IMG/VR virus record: IMGVR_UViG_3300048670_000359
Location: 1-42,075 of that record
DNA from: a virus
Taxonomy: Duplodnaviria; Caudoviricetes
DNA: 42,075 nucleotides
Direction: 5' to 3' (one strand)
Each line of letters begins with the position of its first letter. Position 1 is the first letter of the stretch. Shown piece after piece: positions 8,076-16,222 of the stretch. The position numbers and the translations under genes were made by a program. The notes under the pieces were generated by a model. The model saw nothing but the letters and a program-made list of their open reading frames with translations. It searched no databases and had not been told where the DNA came from.

Positions 8076-9797
8076 TTAATAGCTACCGCACTTATTAAAC
8101 TTTTGCCACTCTTTGTTTAGTGCTCCTGTGTGGCTAGGTTGCATTACCACAAGGTAGCCAAGGGCGTCAATTGGATCTTTGCAAGCCCCTTTCTGCCCAT
8201 CGTGTCCGGTCCATTCCCTTAATGAGTAAATAAGGTTCTGGCAGCTTTCATGTACCATCAGCCGTGGATGGTTTTTCTCAATGTCTACGTCTGCTTCCCT
8301 ATTATAGCACAGCAGGTCGTTAATAATTAAAACACGCTCATCCACCGAAACGCTGGCGCTAGGCAAGAAATAAAGAGGTTCACTAGCATCCAAAAGCAGA
8401 TCCAGAAGCGTGACACCGCCTTCCTTGCTTGTTGTTTCTGTGCCGGCACTGCGCGGATCAATGTAGCGTTCTGCGATGTCTTCGCGTTTGTCATTGTGTG
8501 TTTCTAGTGACCAAACAAGTTCAGTGTATTCGTTGATTCCTTTGCCTGCCCCACTTCTCTGTGCGGGGCCTGGGCGACCATCAGCCTTATCACTTGGCAA
8601 GGACCATTCCCCATAGCTTTGATCCGGCCATTCTCTGTACACCCAGACTGTGCCGTGTTTGTCCACTCTGGCCCAGAGCATGAACCAGTTTCGGGCTCCG
8701 GCAGGATCAGCTACCATGTAGTTTGTCCCCTCAGGGCATCTATCGGTGACACTATCGGTGAACACGTTCCGATCACCAAACATGGGGAACTGACTGCCAG
8801 CAGTTTGTTCTGCCCAACCATAAGCTCGAATCTTGATGTCATGCGTGCTGCGTCCCTTTAGGGTTTGCTGCATCCGTTCCCAGTTATTGTAAGGGTTGAG
8901 CTTGGAGTGAAACCAGATGCAACTGTGCTTTCCATACACGCCTTCTGCTGTGTAGGGCATGTGCCCCTTGGGTACGCCTATGACGTTGTTGTTTGGTAGC
9001 AGCTCGCTTTCCTTCCAAGTCTTAATGCGGCTAGTCGAGATAAACTCCTTTACGGTCTGCGTGTAGCCAAGGATTGGCGTGAAGGTGACCAGTAGCTTTC
9101 CGTTACGGGTAATCAAACGGTACTTTAACGTCTCCAACCAATCTGCCGGCACAAGCTCATCGCACCAGACAAAATCCACCTCGCCGCCTTCGACAACCTT
9201 GATGTCCTGACTGTAGTTGAGGAACCAGATCTGGTTGCCATTGTAGACCGCAGTATTGTCCGAGAACCCGTTCTTCTGGGTCCAGCTTACCTGGGTGTGC
9301 TTGGTGCGCTTGGCTTCCTTAAGCTCAGTGGGCAGATACTTGTGGAAGACATTTTGCTGCATGGACACGCTCGTCATGTTGGTCGTGTGCAAGCACCAGA
9401 TGTTAAGCCCACGCTTCTTAAACTTCTCCTTGATCCATTCAGGGGCAAAGCCATTTAGGTCAGCTCCCACAAAAGCCTGGGCAATCCTCTTGGCTGCGTA
9501 CTCAGTCTTACCGGCTCGATTGCCACCTAGAATGAGTAGTTCCGAGTGAGCGTTGAGTAAATTGTCGGCATCCTTCCAAGATTCCAGTTCCGTGCCGTAC
9601 CTATGTGGGTCAGATTGCTCTGCCCTGACACGCTGCTCTCGCATAAGAAAGAGGCGCATAACTTCCTCCGGCCCTACGTTGTTGATCATCACCTGCCGCT
9701 GCTCTAGATCAGGAGCCGGCATCAGGGGATGCTCAATCAGCGGGTAGTTCAGAATCTTGTGGATGAGCTTACTTTTCTGTTCTTCAGAAGTTGACAT
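8076..9797 (-). CDS. terL: Terminase large subunit (573 aa)
   Basis: Walker A GGNRAGKT, Walker B FVWCDE, coupling motif TFTP, RNase H-like nuclease residues (VADPAG, YIDP, DPIDALGY). Confidence 0.93.
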   Translation of the reverse strand: MSTSEEQKSKLIHKILNYPLIEHPLMPAPDLEQRQVMINNVGPEEVMRLFLMREQRVRAEQSDPHRYGTELESWKDADNLLNAHSELLILGGNRAGKTEYAAKRIAQAFVGADLNGFAPEWIKEKFKKRGLNIWCLHTTNMTSVSMQQNVFHKYLPTELKEAKRTKHTQVSWTQKNGFSDNTAVYNGNQIWFLNYSQDIKVVEGGEVDFVWCDELVPADWLETLKYRLITRNGKLLVTFTPILGYTQTVKEFISTSRIKTWKESELLPNNNVIGVPKGHMPYTAEGVYGKHSCIWFHSKLNPYNNWERMQQTLKGRSTHDIKIRAYGWAEQTAGSQFPMFGDRNVFTDSVTDRCPEGTNYMVADPAGARNWFMLWARVDKHGTVWVYREWPDQSYGEWSLPSDKADGRPGPAQRSGAGKGINEYTELVWSLETHNDKREDIAERYIDPRSAGTETTSKEGGVTLLDLLLDASEPLYFLPSASVSVDERVLIINDLLCYNREADVDIEKNHPRLMVHESCQNLIYSLREWTGHDGQKGACKDPIDALGYLVVMQPSHTGALNKEWQKFNKCGSY

Positions 9798-9811
9798 GGT
9801 GGGTTGTTTTT

Positions 9812-10224
9812 GGGAGAGTGATCCCGCTCTCTAAGATAAGAGGGCCGCGTAGCCTCTGGTCAACCTGAAAGACGGACCCACAGGATGAAGACATGGTTCT
9901 GGGTATTCCTCTTGGCCCAGATTAAAGATCGCTGATGTTCAAGAATCAGTGAGTGCTGCATAGTCACCTGCGATAAAGGTAATGCTTGGCTGAACGGGTA
10001 GCCATGGGCAAAGACTATGATATGCGACGCGACGGTGACACTTATACAGAAGTGCAACGGCTTCTTCTCTGAGCACTACCCCCAATTCTAGGTGGCTAAC
10101 ACTCAGTCTTGGGGGTACTATGCTCAGACTCCGGACTCTAGCTTACCAGAAGTGATTAGGCTTTCGTCGGTGAGGGCTGCGCTTCGCAGCGCGAACAACC
10201 TTAAGGTAGCTACTGTAGCTACCT
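9812..10224 (+). ncRNA. Putative large structured non-coding element upstream of terL
   Basis: About 440 bp without a convincing ORF, containing at least 8 stems; G-U pairs favour the plus strand; TTGACA at 9791-9796. Confidence 0.45.
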
Positions 10225-10242
10225 ATACTGGTTAAGACGTCC

Positions 10243-10749
10243 TTAGTGAATAGGTACGCTTGTTGGCTTGCTTAAAAACAAAACGCCATCTTTCACGTTT
10301 ATAATTTGGTTCACCTTGATTTGGTGACCTTTCTCTCCCACAAAGACGCGGCCCAGCGTGTCCGTCTCTACAAACCGCTGGTTAGCGTGCTTCTTAACGA
10401 CCCGGGCTGCTTTAACGCTGCCATCCAGGCTGGCCGGCCTAATTATAATCGGCGGCATATTCTGCTTATGTTCCACTAAGCTGGGATCAACCACGCTTAA
10501 AGCGATATGATCGTCGCTTAAGTCATTAAGATCGCTCTTAAGCGGATTCTTAACGCTAAGATCTTCGTTTAAGTCGAGGATATCGGCCCTAAACATAAAC
10601 TTAACGCCCTTAAACGCCCGTCTTGCGACGTAGTCCGTGTCTTTACGGTAACAAGCCAAGTTATAATGTGTGCCATCACGCGCTTTAACGGCCTTCTCTG
10701 GGATGTTAAACTTCATACGCTTAATTGTCCTTCGACTTAAAGTGTTCAA
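10243..10749 (-). CDS. Hypothetical basic protein (up to 168 aa) whose DNA carries a dense TTAA cluster
   Basis: Long ORF in the genome's dominant orientation; no family recognised; start uncertain. Confidence 0.6.
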   Translation of the reverse strand: MNTLSRRTIKRMKFNIPEKAVKARDGTHYNLACYRKDTDYVARRAFKGVKFMFRADILDLNEDLSVKNPLKSDLNDLSDDHIALSVVDPSLVEHKQNMPPIIIRPASLDGSVKAARVVKKHANQRFVETDTLGRVFVGEKGHQIKVNQIINVKDGVLFLSKPTSVPIH

Positions 10750-10994
10750 TTTTTATACACACCTGACGCACAGAAAGGACGCCCAGCCTACCCAGGTAGA
10801 CCGGCTGTGCACTAAGCCACTGGCACTCCCGTCAAGAAGTAAGCAGCAGCCTCGCACACAGGGGCAATATGCCCGCGTCCTTTTCCGAACAACAGTTCAC
10901 CAGCATGTGTAGCGGCGTTGTGTAGTGGCGTCAAGTAGTGTGTGTGCGCGTGTGGCTAACCGGCCAAACACAGAGAGGACGGGCCATTTGCGGA

Positions 10995-11440
10995 TAAAAA
11001 ATTCAGGTGGGGGGATGAGTTGTAGGCTTAAGATAAGAGAGGGCCTGGACCCCCTCCCCCCCCTTTGGTTTGGGCCGGCTTGGCTGTGTTTGTCTGCCGC
11101 CTGGCTGCACTCGAGCCAACCGGCTGTCGCACCCTGTTTACAGAGGCAACTCCACATTACAGGTGTTGTGTGGCGTTATTAAATGCGCAAAATGGGCCGC
11201 TGTGTACGGGGTGGGAGGGGAGGCGAAGGGGTGCCGGAAGCGAACTGCCGGGCGCGTCGCGTTGCTAAATGCGCGAAGGGGTGGGAACGCATTAAAGCAC
11301 AGCCTAGCCTAGCAATGTTAGCCTTGCCTAACTTTACCCCCACACACCCGCACCCGCTCTCTACCTTCGCTACGCTGCACCCTGCACCCTCGCACTTGGC
11401 ACACCCTCGCACCTGGTCCGCTGCACCCCTAAAAAAACTT
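10995..11440. other. Non-coding control / putative genome-end region with C-runs, G-runs and GCACCC repeats
   Basis: AAAAATT..GGGGG..CCCCTCCCCCCCC (10997-11063), a G-rich tract (11207-11232) and repeated GCACCC/GCACC (11340-11430); lies between divergent transcription units. Confidence 0.5.
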
Positions 11441-11450
11441 TATTTATTTG

Positions 11451-11480
11451 TTGGCATTCTTTCCTGTTCTTGCTCACATT
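11451..11480 (+). promoter_or_regulatory. Candidate sigma70-like promoter for the plus-strand cassette
   Basis: A/T-rich UP-like tract (aaaaaaactttatttattt), then TTGGCA, a spacer and CACATT; about 45 nt before the ATG at 11526. Spacing and -10 match are imperfect. Confidence 0.4.
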
Positions 11481-11525
11481 GCCCCAGCGCGAGCAATTCG
11501 CCCGCGTCTAACAACTAAACACCCT

Positions 11526-11951
11526 ATGAAAAACACCGTAACTAACTACGCCCCTGAATCGCGATCCTTGGGTTCTTATCGCAAAGAACAACACGGCTTA
11601 TACAAGCAATATACAATCTTGGACCTAGGTGCAGAAGCGTACCCTTGCGCCTATACCGGCATGCCTACTCATCCCGCAGTTGCTACTGTCCGCGTCTACT
11701 GGCCAGCCTCCACAGCTTACGCCTGTGTTTGGCTTAACTTTTCCGATTCTTACTCAGTCGGCAAAGGGAAAGCGGGCGGATATGGGTATGACAAGGAAAG
11801 TGCCGCCATTGAAGAGGCCTTGCGTTCGGCTGGCATAACACTTGAGCACAGCATACACGGGGTAGGTGAGCAGGCCATCAAAGGCGCTCTAGTGGCGCTT
11901 GCTAGGTTTGCCGGATTAAACAACTACACTGTCACAATCGCGCACGCTTAA
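11526..11951 (+). CDS. Putative early hypothetical protein (141 aa) with GxAGGYGYDKxSAA motif
   Basis: ATG at 11526 follows an A/C-rich leader; first gene of the only plus-strand unit. Confidence 0.8.
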   Translation: MKNTVTNYAPESRSLGSYRKEQHGLYKQYTILDLGAEAYPCAYTGMPTHPAVATVRVYWPASTAYACVWLNFSDSYSVGKGKAGGYGYDKESAAIEEALRSAGITLEHSIHGVGEQAIKGALVALARFAGLNNYTVTIAHA

Positions 11952-11952
11952 T

Positions 11953-12129
11953 ATGAACACCCGCAAACATTCCGCCTTTATCCGCCTTGCCTCCCTTGCC
12001 CTTGTGGGCGTGGATGCTTGGCTTCTCGCTCGCTTCCCATCGGTTGCCGTTGCATTCCTTGTTTGGCTGCTGGGCTCGTTTGCCCTGGTTGTCGCCATTG
12101 CCCCGGTTAAAAGCAGGTTCACACTGTGA
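11953..12129 (+). CDS. Small membrane protein (58 aa, two predicted TM helices)
   Basis: Translated by hand: MNTRKHSAFIRLASLALVGVDAWLLARFPSVAVAFLVWLLGSFALVVAIAPVKSRFTL; starts immediately after the previous stop codon. Confidence 0.7.
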   Translation: MNTRKHSAFIRLASLALVGVDAWLLARFPSVAVAFLVWLLGSFALVVAIAPVKSRFTL

Positions 12130-12197
12130 GCACGCAAACTCTGTTTGAGGCGATGGCCTTATACCTAATTCTGTCTATGGTATTCGGTAAAGACTAA
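12126..12197 (+). CDS. Tiny hydrophobic peptide (23 aa)
   Basis: GTGA overlap with the upstream stop; MSTQTLFEAMALYLILSMVFGKD; ends just before the terminator. Confidence 0.45.
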   Translation: MSTQTLFEAMALYLILSMVFGKD

Positions 12198-12213
12198 GCA
12201 ACCCGCGACAAAC

Positions 12214-12248
12214 AAAGGGGCACTCTCAGCAATGGGAGTGCCCTTTTT
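12214..12248 (+). terminator. Rho-independent terminator (possibly bidirectional)
   Basis: GGGCACTCTCA-GCAA-TGGGAGTGCCC-TTTTT with a GNRA loop and an upstream A tract. Confidence 0.88.
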
Positions 12249-12433
12249 GCTGCCCTAATTCTGCCCCCTTTGCCCCCTTTGCCCCTCGCTTCCGCCCAGG
12301 CCTGCACCCTCTACGCTCTGCCTTGCCGGCCTAAGCGCACCCAAACACGGAGCTGGCCAGCCTAGGCACGGGAGGCCGGCAGCGCCCAGGGCAGCCCCTC
12401 AGCGGTAGGGGGCCACCTTCCAATTAGAATGGA

Positions 12434-12468
12434 CAAATTTGATTTTGAATTAGCAAATTTGATTTTGA
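12434..12468. repeat. 15-bp direct repeat CAAATTTGATTTTGA x2 (20-bp period)
   Basis: Copies at 12434-12448 and 12454-12468, followed by TTTTCAGTTTT. Confidence 0.85.
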
Positions 12469-12479
12469 TTTTCAGTTTT

Positions 12480-12692
12480 CTATTCGTCTTCCTCCTCCAC
12501 CTCTACATCCCCAGGATCTTCACTCCAGTTCATTGCCTGGTACATGCGCGCAAATAAGCTGCCTGAGCCGGCCTCGAATGTCTGGTAACTGTCCGTATCG
12601 CTGTCGTGAGTAAGGATCTGGACACAATCAAAGTGCTCGCCAATCTCTCTTGCCATCCGCTCAATGTATGCCTGCTTTTCAGCAACAGTCAT
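12480..12692 (-). CDS. Hypothetical protein (70 aa, acidic C-terminus)
   Basis: ATGA-coupled to the upstream gene; EHFDCVQIL..GSGSLFAR. Confidence 0.75.
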   Translation of the reverse strand: MTVAEKQAYIERMAREIGEHFDCVQILTHDSDTDSYQTFEAGSGSLFARMYQAMNWSEDPGDVEVEEEDE

Positions 12693-12907
12693 AGTTTGCC
12701 TGTGTAATAATGGTTAGCCAATATGAGTTTGCCGTCCTTAGTGCAAGTTCGGTACTTTTTGCACTTCCAGTTTTTGCGCTCAATTAAGTTTTCAATAACT
12801 GCTCTTTTGACTCCTACCTTTTCCACAAGTTCGGTCGTGGTGTACCAACCTTCCGGCGGCAATTCGCCTATCACTTCATCCCTAAGTAGTTCTAATGCAG
12901 TCTTCAT
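12689..12907 (-). CDS. Small putative winged-HTH protein (72 aa)
   Basis: PPEGWYTTTELVEKVGVKRAVI pattern; ATGA-coupled on both sides. Confidence 0.65.
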   Translation of the reverse strand: MKTALELLRDEVIGELPPEGWYTTTELVEKVGVKRAVIENLIERKNWKCKKYRTCTKDGKLILANHYYTGKL

Positions 12908-13650
12908 ACTGGAAAGCGAAAATCACCGGCTTTAGTTTCCTTCACCAACCACACCACTGTTTCGTTCGAGCAAAATTCTCCTATCGCTAGGCCACGTGAC
13001 CAACTAGTGGTCGCCCTGCGGTTTGCCGCGTACCCCATGGCCTCCTTATCCCCCAGCCAGCCTACACAGTAACCTGTTGGATGTGAGCGGTTTCGGCCTT
13101 CTGCTTGGGTAACTCTGTGCAAGTGGGCAATAATCACCTTATTGGCCGTACCCCCACATACGGCTTCAGCGTGATCGCGTACAGCCTGCTCATTGTACAT
13201 ATAGCCATGCCCCAGCAGACAGTCCCCAATTTGCCGCCATCCGTTCTGGAAGTTGTAGTCCACAACCTCACATTTCATCCGCTTAGCCTGGTCTTGAATT
13301 TGGCTCATCACTCGAGCGGCCAACGCGCTAACTATAGCTTTGGGCGACTCCATAAGCGTGTTTAGCCTGGCTTCATGGTTGCCTAGAAAATAAGTCTGAG
13401 GCTCAAGCTGATGCAGAAAAGACAGCCCATCCTGTAGGTCGCCTTCAGGGTTAGCTGCCTCGTCCGCACTGCCCCCTGCTCCCTGGCGAAGACAGGCCAA
13501 GTCTATAGCATCCCCCAAATGAATTGTCGTGTGCGGCTTCCACCGTGACTTAAACGCCAGCACTCGCCGGAGTAATGCTTGGTCGGCGTGATGTCCGTGG
13601 GAGCAACCCACAGCAAGAAACTTCTTCCATGACCGGACGACGTTAGCCAT
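12904..13650 (-). CDS. Calcineurin-like metallophosphoesterase (248 aa)
   Basis: GCSHG (DxH variant), LGDAID, GNHE, GHG and AHLH motifs. Confidence 0.85.
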   Translation of the reverse strand: MANVVRSWKKFLAVGCSHGHHADQALLRRVLAFKSRWKPHTTIHLGDAIDLACLRQGAGGSADEAANPEGDLQDGLSFLHQLEPQTYFLGNHEARLNTLMESPKAIVSALAARVMSQIQDQAKRMKCEVVDYNFQNGWRQIGDCLLGHGYMYNEQAVRDHAEAVCGGTANKVIIAHLHRVTQAEGRNRSHPTGYCVGWLGDKEAMGYAANRRATTSWSRGLAIGEFCSNETVVWLVKETKAGDFRFPV

Positions 13651-13870
13651 TCATCGTGATGGTATCTCTCCAGGTTTTGACAATTTCAACTCTAATCTCA
13701 TCAGGGCAACCCATTAGCCGGACCTCACGCCAGTCCTGACTTGGGTGCTTTTCTCCCACATGGCTTGTAAGCCGCTGCTTGTTAGGCAGTTCAGCCACAC
13801 GATGCACTACACATGTGCCATCACGGCTGGTCTGCGCTATGTAACCATCTTGTTCAAATATAATTTTCAT
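13643..13870 (-). CDS. Hypothetical protein (75 aa; start reassigned to ATG 13870)
   Basis: Starting at MKIIFEQDG removes the overlap with the upstream gene. Confidence 0.6.
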   Translation of the reverse strand: MKIIFEQDGYIAQTSRDGTCVVHRVAELPNKQRLTSHVGEKHPSQDWREVRLMGCPDEIRVEIVKTWRDTITMNG

Positions 13871-13899
13871 TTTCCAAATTAAATGCAAAACGTGTGGAC

Positions 13900-14577
13900 T
13901 CACAAAAAGGTTAGTTGCTGTTTGTCTGGTTGTTTGCACGCATGAGAGGTCAACAGTGATGTGGTAGGCTGTGCTTTGGACCTTGCCCAAGTTTCTAAAC
14001 CATAGGTTTGTGTTTTGTCTCCACGGTTCCAGCCTGTCCCATCACAGGACTCTACTCCGAGCTGCTCCAACCAGTTTAGTTTTGTGGGTGAATTTACCCG
14101 CAGCACATGCACTCGCGGAAACTCCTTAGCCCACATTTCAACGGTTGCCCACTTCCACTCAGTAGTTCCACCCACACAGATGACATCCGGTTCCAGTTCT
14201 CTCGCCTGCGCAACGCCCATACCATTCTGAACGGCTAGAGCTTTTTGAAATGGAACTTCATCTTTGAATTGATACCACCGCTCAATGGTACGCTCGCCAC
14301 TGCCGATCCAGTCTGGCACGATAGCCCACTGTGGCTTCTGTGTATTTGCATCTGCCCACCGGATCATCTTGCGCCATGCTTCTACATCCCACAGATCTTC
14401 TCGCCACACGTTGTCTTGCTGATCCCAAGCAGCAAAAGCCCCGTTGTCGAGTGCGTAATGGAACCAAGGCCACGGGCCACGCTGAGCCCCAGGTGAGAAC
14501 AGATGACCAATGCGCCCAGTTTCGCGAGCAAGACAATGCCAAAACCAACCCGTTGCGTTAGCAGGCATGACAATCAT
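13900..14577 (-). CDS. TGT/DpdA-like (queuine tRNA-ribosyltransferase-like) TIM-barrel protein (225 aa)
   Basis: YALDNGAF, IVPD, LAVQNG, VGG, VHVLRV and SCDGTGW match the LDSGAF..VQG..GG..H..SxDxxxW motif order of TGT-fold proteins. Confidence 0.55.
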   Translation of the reverse strand: MIVMPANATGWFWHCLARETGRIGHLFSPGAQRGPWPWFHYALDNGAFAAWDQQDNVWREDLWDVEAWRKMIRWADANTQKPQWAIVPDWIGSGERTIERWYQFKDEVPFQKALAVQNGMGVAQARELEPDVICVGGTTEWKWATVEMWAKEFPRVHVLRVNSPTKLNWLEQLGVESCDGTGWNRGDKTQTYGLETWARSKAQPTTSLLTSHACKQPDKQQLTFL

Positions 14578-14813
14578 AGCAACAAATCCTCAATCTCATC
14601 GTGCAGTTGCTCGTTCATTGCATCCTGCTCTTCCATGACTTCAACAGCCCTGTCATTGGCATGTTTTTGACTGTATGCGATAATAAGGCCAACTTCAGTG
14701 TCATACACCCAGGCATTACGCCAGTCAGCACGGCAGCGGATGCCTGACGCAGCGTGCTGCCACTGCGGCGTTGCCCAGTTAATAGCTTGAGGTGGTAGTC
14801 TTTTCATCCCCAT
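14574..14813 (-). CDS. Hypothetical protein (about 77-79 aa)
   Basis: Overlap-coupled to both neighbours. Confidence 0.65.
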   Translation of the reverse strand: MGMKRLPPQAINWATPQWQHAASGIRCRADWRNAWVYDTEVGLIIAYSQKHANDRAVEVMEEQDAMNEQLHDEIEDLLL

Positions 14814-15358
14814 TGTTCTGCCATTGCTTCAGCAATGCCCTTGTAAGTTTCTGAGCGTATCTTCCAGCGGTCTGCACTTGGAGGCAACTTCCACATGCGA
14901 GGCTTTCTGCCATCTACAATGTTTGTGGGATTAAGTTTAGATAGGTTTTTAAGCCACAAGCAGGTTGCCTTTACCTCTCCATGCCCATACTGCCAAGGTT
15001 GCACTGTTTGATCTGGTTTGCGGATTTGAGTCGAAATACACCCAATCGGATTTTCCAAAGCAATCTTTGCTATGTTTGCCTCCAAAAGAAGCTGCACAAA
15101 CTCCAAGGCCTCTTCAGTCTTCGCTGCCCGCTCTGGCCGGCGCTTGTTCCAGTGCAATCCACTGCTGCACAGGTAAGTGCAAGGCGGGTGTGCGATCATT
15201 AGATCCCAGCCATCATTCAGGATATCCCTGACATCACCTTGATAGTGCGGTCCTGGCACATCAGTTGGCAACAAGTCACAAGACATGGCATCGTGTCCGC
15301 GACGAATAAAAGCGTCCCGCACCGTACCGCTATACTCACAGGCAATTAAGATTTTCAT
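14804..15358 (-). CDS. Short phage DNA cytosine-C5 methyltransferase-like protein (184 aa)
   Basis: KILIACEYSG (motif I variant), SCDL, DLMIAHPPCT (catalytic PC) and ENP motif VI. Confidence 0.8.
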   Translation of the reverse strand: MKILIACEYSGTVRDAFIRRGHDAMSCDLLPTDVPGPHYQGDVRDILNDGWDLMIAHPPCTYLCSSGLHWNKRRPERAAKTEEALEFVQLLLEANIAKIALENPIGCISTQIRKPDQTVQPWQYGHGEVKATCLWLKNLSKLNPTNIVDGRKPRMWKLPPSADRWKIRSETYKGIAEAMAEQWG

Positions 15359-15915
15359 TTTGGCTTCATTGCTGCCATGAAAGCATCCCCCACTTCCGCA
15401 GTGGTATGCACATGTACATGTTGATGTAAGCTGTCCACGCTCCGGTTGCGGTCCATTGCGGTCAGCTTGTCTGTGGCTATGCCCAGGGCAATGACACTAT
15501 CCTTGGCTGACATCTCTGGCATCAGCTCAATGACACGGTCAGCCGCACCGTCAGCTACTTTCTGGAGCTTCTCTTTCAAGCCAGCAGCGTACATCTTTTC
15601 CCTGAACTGGGAGTCGTGATCCAGGCCGTGCATCTTAATCTCCTGCACTACGGACTTGCTTATGCCGGTACGCTCCTCAATTGCGCGCACTGACAAGCCC
15701 TGGCAGTACAGATCGATGATCTGTTTCTTCATGTCATCTGACACGCTGGCCCCTTGGCCCTTGCCATTGACCTTCTCGATGCCAGTGCCCATGACGTAGT
15801 CCTCGATGCGCACACAGGCCAGCCCTGAAAGCTGCCTGGCTCGAGACTCTGCACTTTTGTATACCCGCTTCTTTTTAGGCTTCTCTGGTTTCATATTTGA
15901 ATTTGAGCACTTCAA
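15355..15915 (-). CDS. HTH protein, candidate terminase small subunit (about 180 aa)
   Basis: HTH (IIDLYCQGLSVRAIEERTGISKSVV), then helical hairpin ending IALGIATDK and a beta-like tail HQHVHVH; this layout is TerS-like. Confidence 0.5.
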   Translation of the reverse strand: MKCSNSNMKPEKPKKKRVYKSAESRARQLSGLACVRIEDYVMGTGIEKVNGKGQGASVSDDMKKQIIDLYCQGLSVRAIEERTGISKSVVQEIKMHGLDHDSQFREKMYAAGLKEKLQKVADGAADRVIELMPEMSAKDSVIALGIATDKLTAMDRNRSVDSLHQHVHVHTTAEVGDAFMAAMKPK

Positions 15916-16222
15916 TGTCCAAGTCTGGAATGTTCAGTGTGATTGGAGCGTTTTCTCCGTACGAATCGCCGGTCAGCAAACCGCTGCCTGCAAACTTCAC
16001 AATGCGCTTGTTGTAAGTGACTTGGAAGCCAGTGGGATGCTGCTTCAAGAAGCCCTCATCATCCACAAAAATAATGTGGTGCTTGTCTACGCGGATCGTG
16101 TCCACCAGATCCACGTTCATCAATTTAAGCAGCGTATCTAACTCGCCATCATACTGCACCAAGCGAACAATCTCTTTGTTTGCGTCAAACAGCAGTGCTG
16201 TGTCTGTTGCCATTGCTATCAT
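15875..16222 (-). CDS. DUF3846-like hypothetical protein (115 aa)
   Basis: IFVDDEGFLK...FAGSGLLTG motif. Confidence 0.65.
   Translation of the reverse strand: MIAMATDTALLFDANKEIVRLVQYDGELDTLLKLMNVDLVDTIRVDKHHIIFVDDEGFLKQHPTGFQVTYNKRIVKFAGSGLLTGDSYGENAPITLNIPDLDIEVLKFKYETREA

Noticed and set aside
9860-10057. 65-aa minus-strand ORF upstream of terL as TerS
   Set aside because: Non-ATG start, no TerS-like features, and it overlaps the hairpin-dense element.
10670-11518. Several overlapping 60-110-aa ORFs on both strands
   Set aside because: They arise from G/C-run low-complexity sequence, mostly have non-ATG starts and implausible composition; the region is treated as non-coding.
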